Shown piece after piece: positions 53,858 to 62,622 of a DNA stretch of 64,000 nucleotides. The translations under genes and the position numbers were made by a program. Origin of the DNA: Deltaproteobacteria bacterium (lineage in GTDB: Bacteria > Myxococcota > UBA727 > VGSZ01); assembly GCA_016874845.1 (NCBI GenBank), contig VGSZ01000002.1, positions 7,038 to 71,037 of the forward strand. The letters run 5' to 3'. Within the stretch, counting starts at the first letter, position 1, and each line of letters opens with the position of its first letter. A model generated the notes under the pieces. That model did no database searches and had not been told where the DNA came from. It saw nothing but the letters and a program-made list of their open reading frames with translations.

Positions 53858-54940
53858 ATGTCGCGAACGTGTCGGCTGTCGCCGTCCCTGCTGCTCGTCA
53901 CCAGCCTGGCCCTGCTCGTCGGCGGCTGCCCCGGCCGCGCCCCGGCGACGAGCCGCGACGACGACGCCGGTGTCCGCCGCGACGGCGGCAGCGGCGAGGG
54001 CGAGGGCGAGGGCGAGGGCGAGGGCGAGGGCGAGGGCGAGGGTGAGGGTGAGGGTGAGGGTGAGGGCGACGGCGGCGTCCGCGACGGCGGCAGCGACGAG
54101 GGCGACGTCGGCGGCGGCCCGGTAGACGCGGGCAACGGCTTCGATCTGGGCGGCCTGCTCGACGGCGGCCTTCCCGACGGGCTGTCGTGCCTGCCGACGG
54201 CGCTGCCCGAGCTGTCGTTGGGCGGCGCGTTCGACGCGCTCGGCTTCACCCCCTACACCGGGCGCAGCGAGCGCGGCGTTCGCTGCGGCGACGTCACCTG
54301 TGACGACGCGGTGCCCTGCTGCGTGCTGTGCGGCTTCGGCGCCTGCGCCGGCCAGGACGACGCGGGCGTGCCTTCGTGCCCGACATTCACGGCGACGTAC
54401 GCCTGCGATGGCAACGAGGAGTGCGCGCGCGGCGACCTCTGCTGCTTCACGCTGTCGGGCACCGAGTGCCGCGCCGAGGCCGACTGCGCCTTCGACGTCG
54501 GTGACGCGCTGTCGCAGTTCATCGTCGATGGCGGGATCGCGCTGCCCGAGCCGCCGCCGCCGTCGGACGCGGGCTTCCTGGACGGCGGCTTCACCGCCGT
54601 CGTGGCGCTCGACGGCGGCTTCGCCGACGGCGGCGTGCTCGTCGTGCCGGGCGATGACGGCGGCGTGATCGACGCCGGCTTCGTGCCGGGCGCGCCGCAA
54701 GACGGTGGCTTCGCCGGCGGCGACCCCATCGACGGCGGGCCGGCGCCGGGCCCCGACGCCGGGTCCCTGCTCGATGGCCTGCAGCAGACGCTGGACCAGG
54801 GCGTACCGGTGTGCACGTCGACGTTGTTCGGCTGCGACGTGCTGTCGCTGGAGCTGTGCTGCACGTCGGACCGGCTGACCGCCGTGGACGTCGGCTTCTG
54901 CCTGCCGGCGGCGCTGTGCGTGGGCTCGATCCTGCCGTGA
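53858..54940 (+). CDS. Cys-rich lipoprotein with (GE)12 tether
   Basis: MSRTCRLSPSLLLVTSLALLVGGC lipobox, then the GE array, then two Cys-rich blocks (CGDVTCDDAVPCCVLCGFGACAG.., CDGNEECARGDLCCF..) and DGGF-type repeats. Confidence 0.65.
   Translation: MSRTCRLSPSLLLVTSLALLVGGCPGRAPATSRDDDAGVRRDGGSGEGEGEGEGEGEGEGEGEGEGEGEGDGGVRDGGSDEGDVGGGPVDAGNGFDLGGLLDGGLPDGLSCLPTALPELSLGGAFDALGFTPYTGRSERGVRCGDVTCDDAVPCCVLCGFGACAGQDDAGVPSCPTFTATYACDGNEECARGDLCCFTLSGTECRAEADCAFDVGDALSQFIVDGGIALPEPPPPSDAGFLDGGFTAVVALDGGFADGGVLVVPGDDGGVIDAGFVPGAPQDGGFAGGDPIDGGPAPGPDAGSLLDGLQQTLDQGVPVCTSTLFGCDVLSLELCCTSDRLTAVDVGFCLPAALCVGSILP
53993..54066. repeat. Hexanucleotide array encoding (GE)12
   Basis: (ggcgag)x8 followed by (ggtgag)x4. 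Confidence 0.9.
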
Positions 54941-54985
54941 CGTGAGCCGCCGCGGCCGGCGACGGACCGACGACGGACCGGCGGC

Positions 54986-55267
54986 TCAGCGCGAGCGCAC
55001 CGGCGTGCCGGCGGCGAGGCGCTCGGTGACTCGGTCGCGCAGCATGCGGTACAGGCGCTCGCGGCCGCCGTCGTCGACGGCGCGGCCCGAGCGTCGCTCG
55101 ATCCAGTCGCCGGCGAGCTCGGCGCAGCGGGCGAGGCGGCCGTCGTCGAGCCCGCCGCCTTCAAGGACGAAGAACGACACGCCGAAGCGATCGATCAATA
55201 TCGGGAGCAGCCGCTGCGCGCGGCGCCAGTGCTCGAGATCGACGACGACGTCCATGCGTCGCAGCAT
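54986..55267 (-). CDS. Small hypothetical protein (93 aa)
   Basis: MLRRMDVVVDLEHWRRAQRLLPILIDRFGVSFFVLEGGGLDDGRLARCAELAGDWIERRSG... is the only protein-like part of ORF 54986..55495. No family recognised. Confidence 0.35.
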   Translation of the reverse strand: MLRRMDVVVDLEHWRRAQRLLPILIDRFGVSFFVLEGGGLDDGRLARCAELAGDWIERRSGRAVDDGGRERLYRMLRDRVTERLAAGTPVRSR

Positions 55268-55412
55268 CCATGGCGACCGGCGCGCCCGCGAGTTTTTCGT
55301 CGGTGGCGTCGTCGGGGGCCGCGCGGCGCCGGACGGCGCCACCTGACGCCACGACCGCGTGAGCGACAACAGGCGCGACGACGCCCCGCGCCGGCGCCCG
55401 CGCCGGCGCCGG

Positions 55413-56627
55413 CTACGGAGCGAGGGTGAGCACGACGGCGGTGCCGAGCGGGGCGTCGTCGCCGCTGCCGCCAGCGACCAGCGCGGTGCGATCATCGAGC
55501 GCGGTGAACGAGAACGAGAACGTCGCCACCGGCAGCGCCGCCGTCATCGGCACGACGCCGCCGCCATCGTTGGCCACGCCCTCGCACGTCGCCGTCGCCA
55601 CGAGGGCGTTGCCCGGCCCGGTGAGCCCGCCGCACACGACGACGGCGCAGCCGAGGGTGACGACCTCGCCCGACGCCCGCGACGCCGACAGCGAGCCCGG
55701 GCTCGTCCAGCGGTCGAGCCCGGCGTCGTAGACCTGCACGTCGGCGAGGCCGAGCCCGCCGAAGACTGCGGCGCGCGGGCCACTGGCGCCGTCTTGCAGG
55801 GTGGCGGCCATGGCCTGCCGGCGCGCGCCGGGGATCGCGCGCACCGCGCGGGCGCTCCTGCCGTCGGCGTCGATGCGCGTGACCGTCGCCACCTCGGGGG
55901 GCGCGTAGCCGCCGCCGAGCAGGATCGAGCCGTCGGACAGCTGGGCCGCGGCGAACAGGCGCCGGTCGCTGCCGATGTCGACGGGCAGCACCGTGACGAC
56001 GTCGTCGGCGCCCACCGCCACCGCGGTGCGCGGGATCTCGGTGCCGTTGTCGCCGCCGAAGAACACCGCGCGCCCGTCGTGCAACAAAAAACCCGACAGC
56101 CCGACGCGCGCGGCGTCGAGCTCGCCCACCACCGTCCACGCCGCGCCGTCGAAGCGCTCGATGGAGGCCAGGTGCCCGCCTCCCGTCGTGCTGAACCCGC
56201 CGGCGACGACCACCGAGCCATCGGGCAACGCCACCGCGGCGTGGTCGTAGCGGTCCTGCACCAGCGGCGGTCCGGCCACCGAGCGGCGCTCGGACGGCGA
56301 CACCAGCTCCACCGCCGTCGTCGACAGGAAGTCCTCGTCCTCGCCGCCGGCGAGCAGCACCCGGCCATCGGGCAGGCGCGTCGCCGTGTGGCGCGCGCGC
56401 GGCTGCGCCAGCGCAAACGGCTCGCCGAACGACGCCCCTGCCACCGCCGGGCACGACGCCTCGCCCTCGCCCTCGCCCTCGCCCTCGCCCTCGCCCTCGC
56501 CCTCGCCCTCGCCAGGGGGCTCGTCGTCGATGCGCGCCAGGGGCTCGTCGCAGGCCGACCCCAGCGGGGCGACAGCGACGAGCGGGGACAGCGCAAGGGC
56601 GAGGCGGCACGGGCGCAGAGGCGACAT
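55413..56627 (-). CDS. Kelch-repeat (beta-propeller) lipoprotein with (GE)9 tether
   Basis: Start MSPLRPCRLALALSPLVAVAPLGSAC at 56627. Repeated ..H.A..L.DG.V...GG.. blades (RHTATRLPDGRVLLAGG, DHAAVALPDGSVVVAGG, LSGFLLHDGRAVFFGG, AAAQLSDGSILLGGG ...). Confidence 0.75.
   Translation of the reverse strand: MSPLRPCRLALALSPLVAVAPLGSACDEPLARIDDEPPGEGEGEGEGEGEGEGEGEASCPAVAGASFGEPFALAQPRARHTATRLPDGRVLLAGGEDEDFLSTTAVELVSPSERRSVAGPPLVQDRYDHAAVALPDGSVVVAGGFSTTGGGHLASIERFDGAAWTVVGELDAARVGLSGFLLHDGRAVFFGGDNGTEIPRTAVAVGADDVVTVLPVDIGSDRRLFAAAQLSDGSILLGGGYAPPEVATVTRIDADGRSARAVRAIPGARRQAMAATLQDGASGPRAAVFGGLGLADVQVYDAGLDRWTSPGSLSASRASGEVVTLGCAVVVCGGLTGPGNALVATATCEGVANDGGGVVPMTAALPVATFSFSFTALDDRTALVAGGSGDDAPLGTAVVLTLAP
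56459..56512. repeat. Hexanucleotide array encoding (GE)9 (minus-strand gene)
   Basis: Plus-strand (cctcgc)x9. Confidence 0.9.
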
Positions 56628-56721
56628 GGGGAGACGGTGGTCGCCTGTGACGCGAGGGGGAAGGGGCGATGGCGGGGTCGGGGATCTCCGGGTAGACCGG
56701 GCGCAACAGCAGGAGCTCCTC

Positions 56722-57723
56722 ATGCGTCCGATCGTGCTCGCCTTCGTGGTCGTCGTCCCCGCCGTGCTCGGCACCGGCTGCAACCAGCGCCTCACGCCCG
56801 AGCAGGTGCGCGGCCTGCTCGACGAGCCGCAGGGCACGGTGTCCAACGCGGTGATGCCGGCGGTGACGCGAGACCTGTTCATGACGAGCCGCGCCACCGC
56901 CCTCGAGGACTTCGCCACGATCCTGAAGTCCGACTCGGGCGGCGACGGCGGCAGCGACGACGAGGGCGGCGACGAGGGCGTCGGCGGCGCCATCGGCGAC
57001 ACGTTCTGCGTCGGCGGCCTCGTGGCCTCGGTGGCCAGCTTCGACGGCTGCAAGTCGGGCGACGCCTGCAAGGCCGAGCTGACCCTCGACTCGTGCCTGC
57101 TGCGCGTGGGCGACCCCGGCGTCGACGAGGCGGCCAACGGCAAGATCGTGTTCAAGGTCGACAACAGCCTCGACGACGACCGGGCGAAGACCGCGCTCAG
57201 CCTCGAGTTCCAGGGCTGGGAGAGCTCGCGCAACGACGACACGCTGAGCGCCATCGACGGCGCCATCGTCCTCGACACCCTCATCGACGACGCCAACGAC
57301 CGCGCCGAGGTCGTCTTCACCTCCGACCTCGACGCCCGCGTGCGGAACAAGGAGCGCGGCCTGTTCGACGACGGCTACGTCGAGCACGCCCACCTGCAGG
57401 CCGGCCTGCGCTTCACCGCCGAGACCACCGACACGAGCGCGCAGGGCAGCCTCGAGGTGCTGGCGCTCGTCGACGAAGACGGCGCCCGGCAGGACAGCAT
57501 CGTCATCCGCCTGACCGGCGAGGGCCACAAGGTCGACGCCGAGGCCGCCACCGCCGGCGCTGAGCTCGAGGTCGTCGGCGAGAACGGCACGTTCCGCTGC
57601 ACGTGGTCGGCGACGTCGCAGAAGGGCGAGCGCGACGGCGTGTCGGTGTCGTCGACGGGCCAGTGCACCGATGAGGACGGCGAGGTCTTCGAGTTCGACG
57701 GCAGCGCCGTCACCCGCGGCTGA
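56722..57723 (+). CDS. Hypothetical lipoprotein
   Basis: AGGAG RBS, ATG at 56722. MRPIVLAFVVVVPAVLGTGC lipobox, an acidic G/D/E linker, then a beta-rich domain of about 230 aa. No family recognised. Confidence 0.65.
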   Translation: MRPIVLAFVVVVPAVLGTGCNQRLTPEQVRGLLDEPQGTVSNAVMPAVTRDLFMTSRATALEDFATILKSDSGGDGGSDDEGGDEGVGGAIGDTFCVGGLVASVASFDGCKSGDACKAELTLDSCLLRVGDPGVDEAANGKIVFKVDNSLDDDRAKTALSLEFQGWESSRNDDTLSAIDGAIVLDTLIDDANDRAEVVFTSDLDARVRNKERGLFDDGYVEHAHLQAGLRFTAETTDTSAQGSLEVLALVDEDGARQDSIVIRLTGEGHKVDAEAATAGAELEVVGENGTFRCTWSATSQKGERDGVSVSSTGQCTDEDGEVFEFDGSAVTRG

Positions 57724-57763
57724 GCGGCCGGCGGATCATCGAGCTCGCGTGCTCAGGAGCGCG

Positions 57764-58693
57764 ATGCCTGCTCCGGTGCGTGATCGGATCGCCGGCGCGA
57801 TGCTCGGGCTGGCCGTCGGCGACGCCCTTGGCGCGCCCGTCGAGTTCCGCCGCCGCGGCACGTTCCCGCTGGTCACGGACATGGACACCGTGCGGTCACC
57901 GCGCCTGCCGCCGGGCGCGTGGACCGACGACACGGCGATGGCGCTCTGCCTCGCCGACAGCCTGCTCGCGCACGAAGACCTCGATCCGCGCGACCTGCTC
58001 GACCGCTTCTGCCGCTGGCGTGACGCCGGCGAGCACACGAGCATGGGAGTGTGCGTCGGCATCGGGCAGGGAACGCTGCGCGCGCTGAACGACTATTCGC
58101 GCTCGGGCATCACGTGCGCGGTGGCGCGCCCGCGCAGCGATGGCAACGGCGCGTTGATGCGCGTCGCGCCCGTCGCGTGTCGTCACTGGTCGTCGACGAC
58201 GAAGGCGATCGACCTCGCGCGCCGCCAGAGCTGGACGACGCACGGGTCGCCTTTGTCGGCCGATTGCTGCGCGCGCGCCGTCGAGCTGATGTGCGGCCTG
58301 CTGCAGGGAGACTCGTGGGTCGGCGCCAGCGCGCGCTCGTCGTCCCTGTCGACCGCGACATCGACGGCGACATCGACCGCGGCGTGTCCGCCGGCCGGCT
58401 GGTGGCCGGGGCTCACGCGCGAGCAGGTCGTGGCAGGCGGCTTCGTCGCCGACACGCTGCACGCGGCGTTCTGGGCCGTCGACTCGACCGACACCTTCGA
58501 AGGCGCGGTGGTCGCCGCCGTGAACCTCGGCGACGACGCCGACACCGTGGGCGCCGTCGCGGGCCAGATCGCGGGCTGTCGCTACGGCCGCGCCGGCATT
58601 CCCGCGCGCTGGCTGTCGGCGCTCGTCGGCGTCGAGCGGATCGAAGCCGTCGCCCGCCGCCTCGCTGACGAAGCAACGAAAGGGCTCGCATGA
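57764..58693 (+). CDS. ADP-ribosylglycohydrolase family protein (DraG/ARH-like)
   Basis: N-terminal motif GAMLGLAVGDALGAPVEF, WTDDTAMAL, GNGALMRVAP, and a C-terminal metal-site motif NLGDDADTVGAVAGQIAGCRYG. Confidence 0.85.
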   Translation: MPAPVRDRIAGAMLGLAVGDALGAPVEFRRRGTFPLVTDMDTVRSPRLPPGAWTDDTAMALCLADSLLAHEDLDPRDLLDRFCRWRDAGEHTSMGVCVGIGQGTLRALNDYSRSGITCAVARPRSDGNGALMRVAPVACRHWSSTTKAIDLARRQSWTTHGSPLSADCCARAVELMCGLLQGDSWVGASARSSSLSTATSTATSTAACPPAGWWPGLTREQVVAGGFVADTLHAAFWAVDSTDTFEGAVVAAVNLGDDADTVGAVAGQIAGCRYGRAGIPARWLSALVGVERIEAVARRLADEATKGLA

Positions 58694-59688
58694 CCGCGAC
58701 CGATGACCGACGACGACGCATCGAGCACGCGCTGGTCGGGTGCGCCGTCGGCGACCTGCTCGGTGGTCCGTACGAGAACCGGCGCCCGCCGCCCGCAGGT
58801 TGGCAGGCGCTCGCGTACGCATCGCCGTCGCCCCGCTGGAGCGACGACACGCAGCAGTCGCTCGTTCTGGTCGACGACGTGCTGCGCCACGGCGCGCTCG
58901 ACGCGCGGCGCGTGATGGAGCGCTTCGTCGCGATGCGCGACGAAGCGAGCGCCCCGGCGGCGCGGTTCGGGCTGCACCGCGGCACGGGCCGGGGGTTCCG
59001 CGCGGCGGTCGACGCGTTCGCCGAGCGCGGGGTCGCCGCGCCGATGCCGGGGCGCGCTGGCAACGGCGCGGCGATGCGCGTCGTCGCCGTGGCCGTGGCG
59101 CTCGGCCCGGGCGCCGGCAGCGTCGCGCAGATCGAGGCGTTGTCGCGCTCGACGCACGACGAGCCGCTGGCGCTCGACGCAGCGCGCGCCGTCGTCGAGG
59201 CGGCATGGGCGCTGCAGGACGGTGTCAGGGGCGATGACGTCCTTGGCTGCGTCGTCGATCGGCTGCCCCCCGGCGTCGTGCGCGACACGCTCGCCGGCGC
59301 GGTGGCAGCCGAGGATCCGTTCGCCCTCTTCGCCGACGCCGCCGACCGCGCCGCCGGTTGCCGCCTCGAGCACGGGCCCGGCGGCGGGCACGCGCTCGCG
59401 GGGCCGCTGTCGGCGATCGTGCTCGCCGCGCGCGCGCCGACGCTGCACGTCGCCGTGCGCGACGCGGTGCGCCTCGGCGGCGACACCGACTCGACCGCCG
59501 CGATCGCCGGCGCGCTGCGCGGGGTCGTCGACGACGTCGACACGCTGCCTGCCGCGCTGCTCGCGTTCCCCGGCGTCGAGACGCTGCGCCGGTGGGGCGC
59601 TCCACAGCTGCCATCGCTCGACGAGTGGTGGGCGCTGGAGCGCCGCCTCTCCGCGCGCGCCGACGCCCCGGGGAGGATGAGGGGATGA
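58690..59688 (+). CDS. ADP-ribosylglycohydrolase family protein, divergent paralogue
   Basis: The ATG overlaps the preceding stop (ATGA). HALVGCAVGDLLGGPYE, WSDDTQQSL, GNGAAMRVVA, LGGDTDSTAAIAGALRGV. Confidence 0.75.
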   Translation: MTATDDRRRRIEHALVGCAVGDLLGGPYENRRPPPAGWQALAYASPSPRWSDDTQQSLVLVDDVLRHGALDARRVMERFVAMRDEASAPAARFGLHRGTGRGFRAAVDAFAERGVAAPMPGRAGNGAAMRVVAVAVALGPGAGSVAQIEALSRSTHDEPLALDAARAVVEAAWALQDGVRGDDVLGCVVDRLPPGVVRDTLAGAVAAEDPFALFADAADRAAGCRLEHGPGGGHALAGPLSAIVLAARAPTLHVAVRDAVRLGGDTDSTAAIAGALRGVVDDVDTLPAALLAFPGVETLRRWGAPQLPSLDEWWALERRLSARADAPGRMRG

Positions 59689-59779
59689 AGGCCCGGTACG
59701 GCGCGGGCGATCTGCCGGCAGCCTCGCTGCGCCGAGGGACCCTGCGGGCGCGGAAGTCGACGCCGTCGACGTGGACGGG

Positions 59780-61297
59780 TCAGCCGTTCCACCAGGCCTT
59801 GACGCGCTCCCACCACGACGGGTCCTCGGCTGCCGCGGGTGCCCCGGCGTCGGCGGTAGGCGCCGTGGTCGGCGCCGTGGTCGGCGCCGTCGGCGTCGCC
59901 GTCGACGGCAGCGGCGTCTTGCCGAGGTGCCAGTCGGTAGGCCGGTGGCGGGCGCCCTCGGGCACGACCAGGGACCCGACATAGTCGCCGCGGGCGTAGA
60001 CGCGATCGATCTGGGCCTTGGCCTCCTTCAGGTCGTCATCGCTGACGACGCCGTTGGAGGTCGCTTTGTAGAACTGCACGGTGACCCGCACCGGGAAGGC
60101 CGGGTCGCGCTCGAGCTTCAGCTGGTGGCCCTCGACCACGGGGCCGAGGTCCTCGCCGTGCCCGATCACCGCGGTCTCGACGTCGGAGCGGAGGCCGCCG
60201 CCGCGCGCCGCCGCGGGGGCTGCGCCCATGCTCTGCGGGGCCGGGGCGCTGGCCGGCATGGCGTCCTCGGCGTAGGCCTCGTAGGTGACGCGCGCCGGAC
60301 GCTCGACCTTCAGCGGCACCTGGATGATGAGCAGCATGTCGGCGCCTTCGTCGAGGGCGCCAGCGTCCTGCGCGGCGGCCTGACCGGCCTCGATGCGCGC
60401 CTTGACGTCGCTCTTGCGCTCGGCGGTGAACGTCGTCTTCTGGCCGCGGTTGTTGTGGAACAGCTGCTGGCCCCAGCCCTGAAGGCTCTGGTCGCCGCCG
60501 CTGTTCTCGATGGCAGCCACCGACGTCCCCTGCCGCGTGGCGAGCAGCGTCAGCACCGCCGGCCGCCCCGGCGACGACTGGTAGTTGAAGATCACGGGGT
60601 TGAATTCGGCCTTGCCCTTCTGGGGGATGGGCACGAACACGTGCTGGGCGCTGACGAGGAAGTGCGTGTCGCGCGGGGCGAGCAGGTTGCCGGTGCCAAG
60701 GACGCTGTCGGGGTCGGTCAGGTACTCGCGCAGGTGCTCGAGCACCTCGGTGAGGGGCACGGTGACGACCTGCCCGCCCTTGCTCTGGTTGCCGACCTTG
60801 ATCCACAGCTTCGACGCCTCGACGTCAGCGGTCTTGTCGCTGAAGTTCGGGAAGCGGATGACCGGCAGCAGGTGCGTGCGGAAGCCGCCGCCCGCGGGCT
60901 CGCGCACCTGCAGCGTCACGTCGGAGATGTTCGGGCCCACCGCCGAGCCGCTGTGGCGGCCGGTGTCCTCCCACAGCACGTTCAGCACGTTCAGGCCAAG
61001 GCGCTGCGCCCGCGACTGCAGCGCGCCATCACGCGGCATCTGCGCCACCGCGGCGATCGCGGCGCGAAAGACCTCCAGCGTCTGGGCGTCCATCGCCTCT
61101 GCCGCGCGCACGGCGTCACCCTGCCCGGCGGCCTGCCCGGGCCCGCCAAGGACGCCCCAGCCGCCGCCAGACGCCGGCGGCTTCGTCGCCGCGGCGGGCA
61201 CTGCGCCGACCAGCGCCGCCGTCAGCGCTGCGGCCGCCGCGCGCCGGGGCGACGTCGCGAGGAGGAAAGGACGACGAGCGAGACGGGGGTGCTTCAT
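59780..61297 (-). CDS. Hypothetical secreted protein (505 aa), no recognised family
   Basis: Start MKHPRLARRPFLLATSPRRAAAAALTAALVGAVPAAA at 61297. Globular body ..LNVLNVLWEDTGRHSGSAVGPNISDVTLQV..FNPVIFNYQSS... C-terminal (PTAPT)n repeat and ..DPSWWERVKAWWNG. Confidence 0.65.
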   Translation of the reverse strand: MKHPRLARRPFLLATSPRRAAAAALTAALVGAVPAAATKPPASGGGWGVLGGPGQAAGQGDAVRAAEAMDAQTLEVFRAAIAAVAQMPRDGALQSRAQRLGLNVLNVLWEDTGRHSGSAVGPNISDVTLQVREPAGGGFRTHLLPVIRFPNFSDKTADVEASKLWIKVGNQSKGGQVVTVPLTEVLEHLREYLTDPDSVLGTGNLLAPRDTHFLVSAQHVFVPIPQKGKAEFNPVIFNYQSSPGRPAVLTLLATRQGTSVAAIENSGGDQSLQGWGQQLFHNNRGQKTTFTAERKSDVKARIEAGQAAAQDAGALDEGADMLLIIQVPLKVERPARVTYEAYAEDAMPASAPAPQSMGAAPAAARGGGLRSDVETAVIGHGEDLGPVVEGHQLKLERDPAFPVRVTVQFYKATSNGVVSDDDLKEAKAQIDRVYARGDYVGSLVVPEGARHRPTDWHLGKTPLPSTATPTAPTTAPTTAPTADAGAPAAAEDPSWWERVKAWWNG

Positions 61298-61451
61298 GGG
61301 TGGCTCCAACGACCGACGCTGCGCCGGGATCGGGGAGGCTACTGAAAAAAGGCCCTCGACTGCCTTCCGCAGCGCCCTGCGCGCCCCGCTTCGCGCTCAC
61401 CCCGCCCGTGCGGCGGCAGCGCCGCCCACGGACTGTCCTCAGAGAAGGACA

Positions 61452-61498
61452 GATGTCCATTCTTGATCGACACCACCTGTCTACTCTCGATGGACATC
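61452..61498. promoter_or_regulatory. 9-bp perfect inverted repeat GATGTCCAT-N29-ATGGACATC in a divergent promoter region
   Basis: gatgtccat at 61452-61460 and atggacatc at 61490-61498. It lies in the locally AT-richer 284-bp gap between the 59780 (-) and 61582 (+) genes. A second small hairpin ctgtcct/aggacag lies just upstream at about 61433-61453. Confidence 0.4.
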
Positions 61499-61581
61499 AC
61501 AAGAGCGGCCCGCATCAGGACGCGGCCTCAATTCTGGCAGCGAACCTGCAGTTGGAGGGAGGGCTGAACAAGGAGTCCTCG

Positions 61582-62529
61582 ATGTCGCGCTCTTCCTTCT
61601 CGTCGTCGCTGGTGGTGGTCGTCGGTGGCGTGCTGTGGTCGGTCAGCGGGTGCGGCGCGGGCGCCTCGCTGGATGCGGGGAGCTCGACGCTGGGTGCGGC
61701 GCTCGAGTCGTGCGACGCGCTGCTGGCCGACGCCGACGCGGCGGCACACGCGAGCGAGGCCGAGTGCGCCGCCGACGCGGCGTGCGACGTCGACGCGCTC
61801 AACGCTCGCATCGCCCAGCTCCATGCCGACGCGCAGCTCGCGTGCGACGCGCTCGTCAGCCAGGAGAACGAGCCTGCCGGCGCTGGCGACGACGGCGCTG
61901 GCGACGACGGCGACGACGGCCGTCGCGATCACAAGGTCTCGATCTGTCACTCGACCGGCTCGGCGCGCAACCCGTTCGTGCTGATCCACGTCGACCGCCA
62001 CGCGATCCCCGCCCACGAACGTCACCACGACGACAGCACCGTGACGTCGCTGCGCGCCGCGCGCTCGAGCACCGCGAACACGCGGCGCATCGAGGCGCCG
62101 TGGGCCAACAACGGCTCGCCCTCGCCCGAGCGCTGCGGTGCGCGCGCGGCGGCGCCACGGCGGACGGGGGCCGCCGGCTCGACGGGGGTGCCTTCGCCGT
62201 CGACGATCAACACGGTGTCACCGACCTCGACGACGACGCCGGGGCGCACGACGGCCTCGGTGATGGGCGCGCCGTTCACGCGCGTGCCTTGGCGCGAGCC
62301 GAGATCGCGGACGCGCACGCCGTCGAAGTGCAGCGCGAAGGAGGCGTGCCGCCGCGACAGGCGCGGGTCCTTCAGGGTGACGTCGACGTCGACGCTGGCG
62401 CCGATGATCAGCGTGCCCGTACGCAGCGGGATCCGCCGCCCACGCTCGGGCCCCGTCGCGACGACGAGTCACAACGACATCGCCAGCGTCTCGCCGGTGG
62501 CGAGGTCCGTGAGCAGTGTGTGCCCCTGA
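61582..62529 (+). CDS. Small lipoprotein with ICH..NP..H..HH motif; 3' end uncertain
   Basis: AGGAG RBS, ATG at 61582. MSRSSFSSSLVVVVGGVLWSVSGC lipobox, ..KVSICHSTGSARNPFVLIHVDRHAIPAHERHHDD. After about 150 codons the frame runs antisense through the FHA-sigma54 remnant to the first stop at 62529. Confidence 0.45.
   Translation: MSRSSFSSSLVVVVGGVLWSVSGCGAGASLDAGSSTLGAALESCDALLADADAAAHASEAECAADAACDVDALNARIAQLHADAQLACDALVSQENEPAGAGDDGAGDDGDDGRRDHKVSICHSTGSARNPFVLIHVDRHAIPAHERHHDDSTVTSLRAARSSTANTRRIEAPWANNGSPSPERCGARAAAPRRTGAAGSTGVPSPSTINTVSPTSTTTPGRTTASVMGAPFTRVPWREPRSRTRTPSKCSAKEACRRDRRGSFRVTSTSTLAPMISVPVRSGIRRPRSGPVATTSHNDIASVSPVARSVSSVCP
62022..62480 (-). pseudogene. FHA-domain sigma-54-dependent activator, N-terminal remnant
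   Basis: MSL*LVVATGPERGRRIPLRTGTLIIGASVDVDVTLKDPRLSRRHASFALHFDGVRVRDLGSRQGTRVNGAPI.. (FHA), then ..LLAHGASMRRVFAVLERAARSDVTVLSSW*. This is the start of an AAA+ sigma-54 interaction domain cut before the Walker A. An in-frame TGA lies at 62469-62471. Confidence 0.65.
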
Positions 62530-62622
62530 CGCGCCACCGGCTCCCTCGACGAACACAACCACCCGTTCGATCCGCAGCCACGAACAAGCGTCATCGCCCC
62601 CGCCCCCGCCGCCGCCGCCGCC

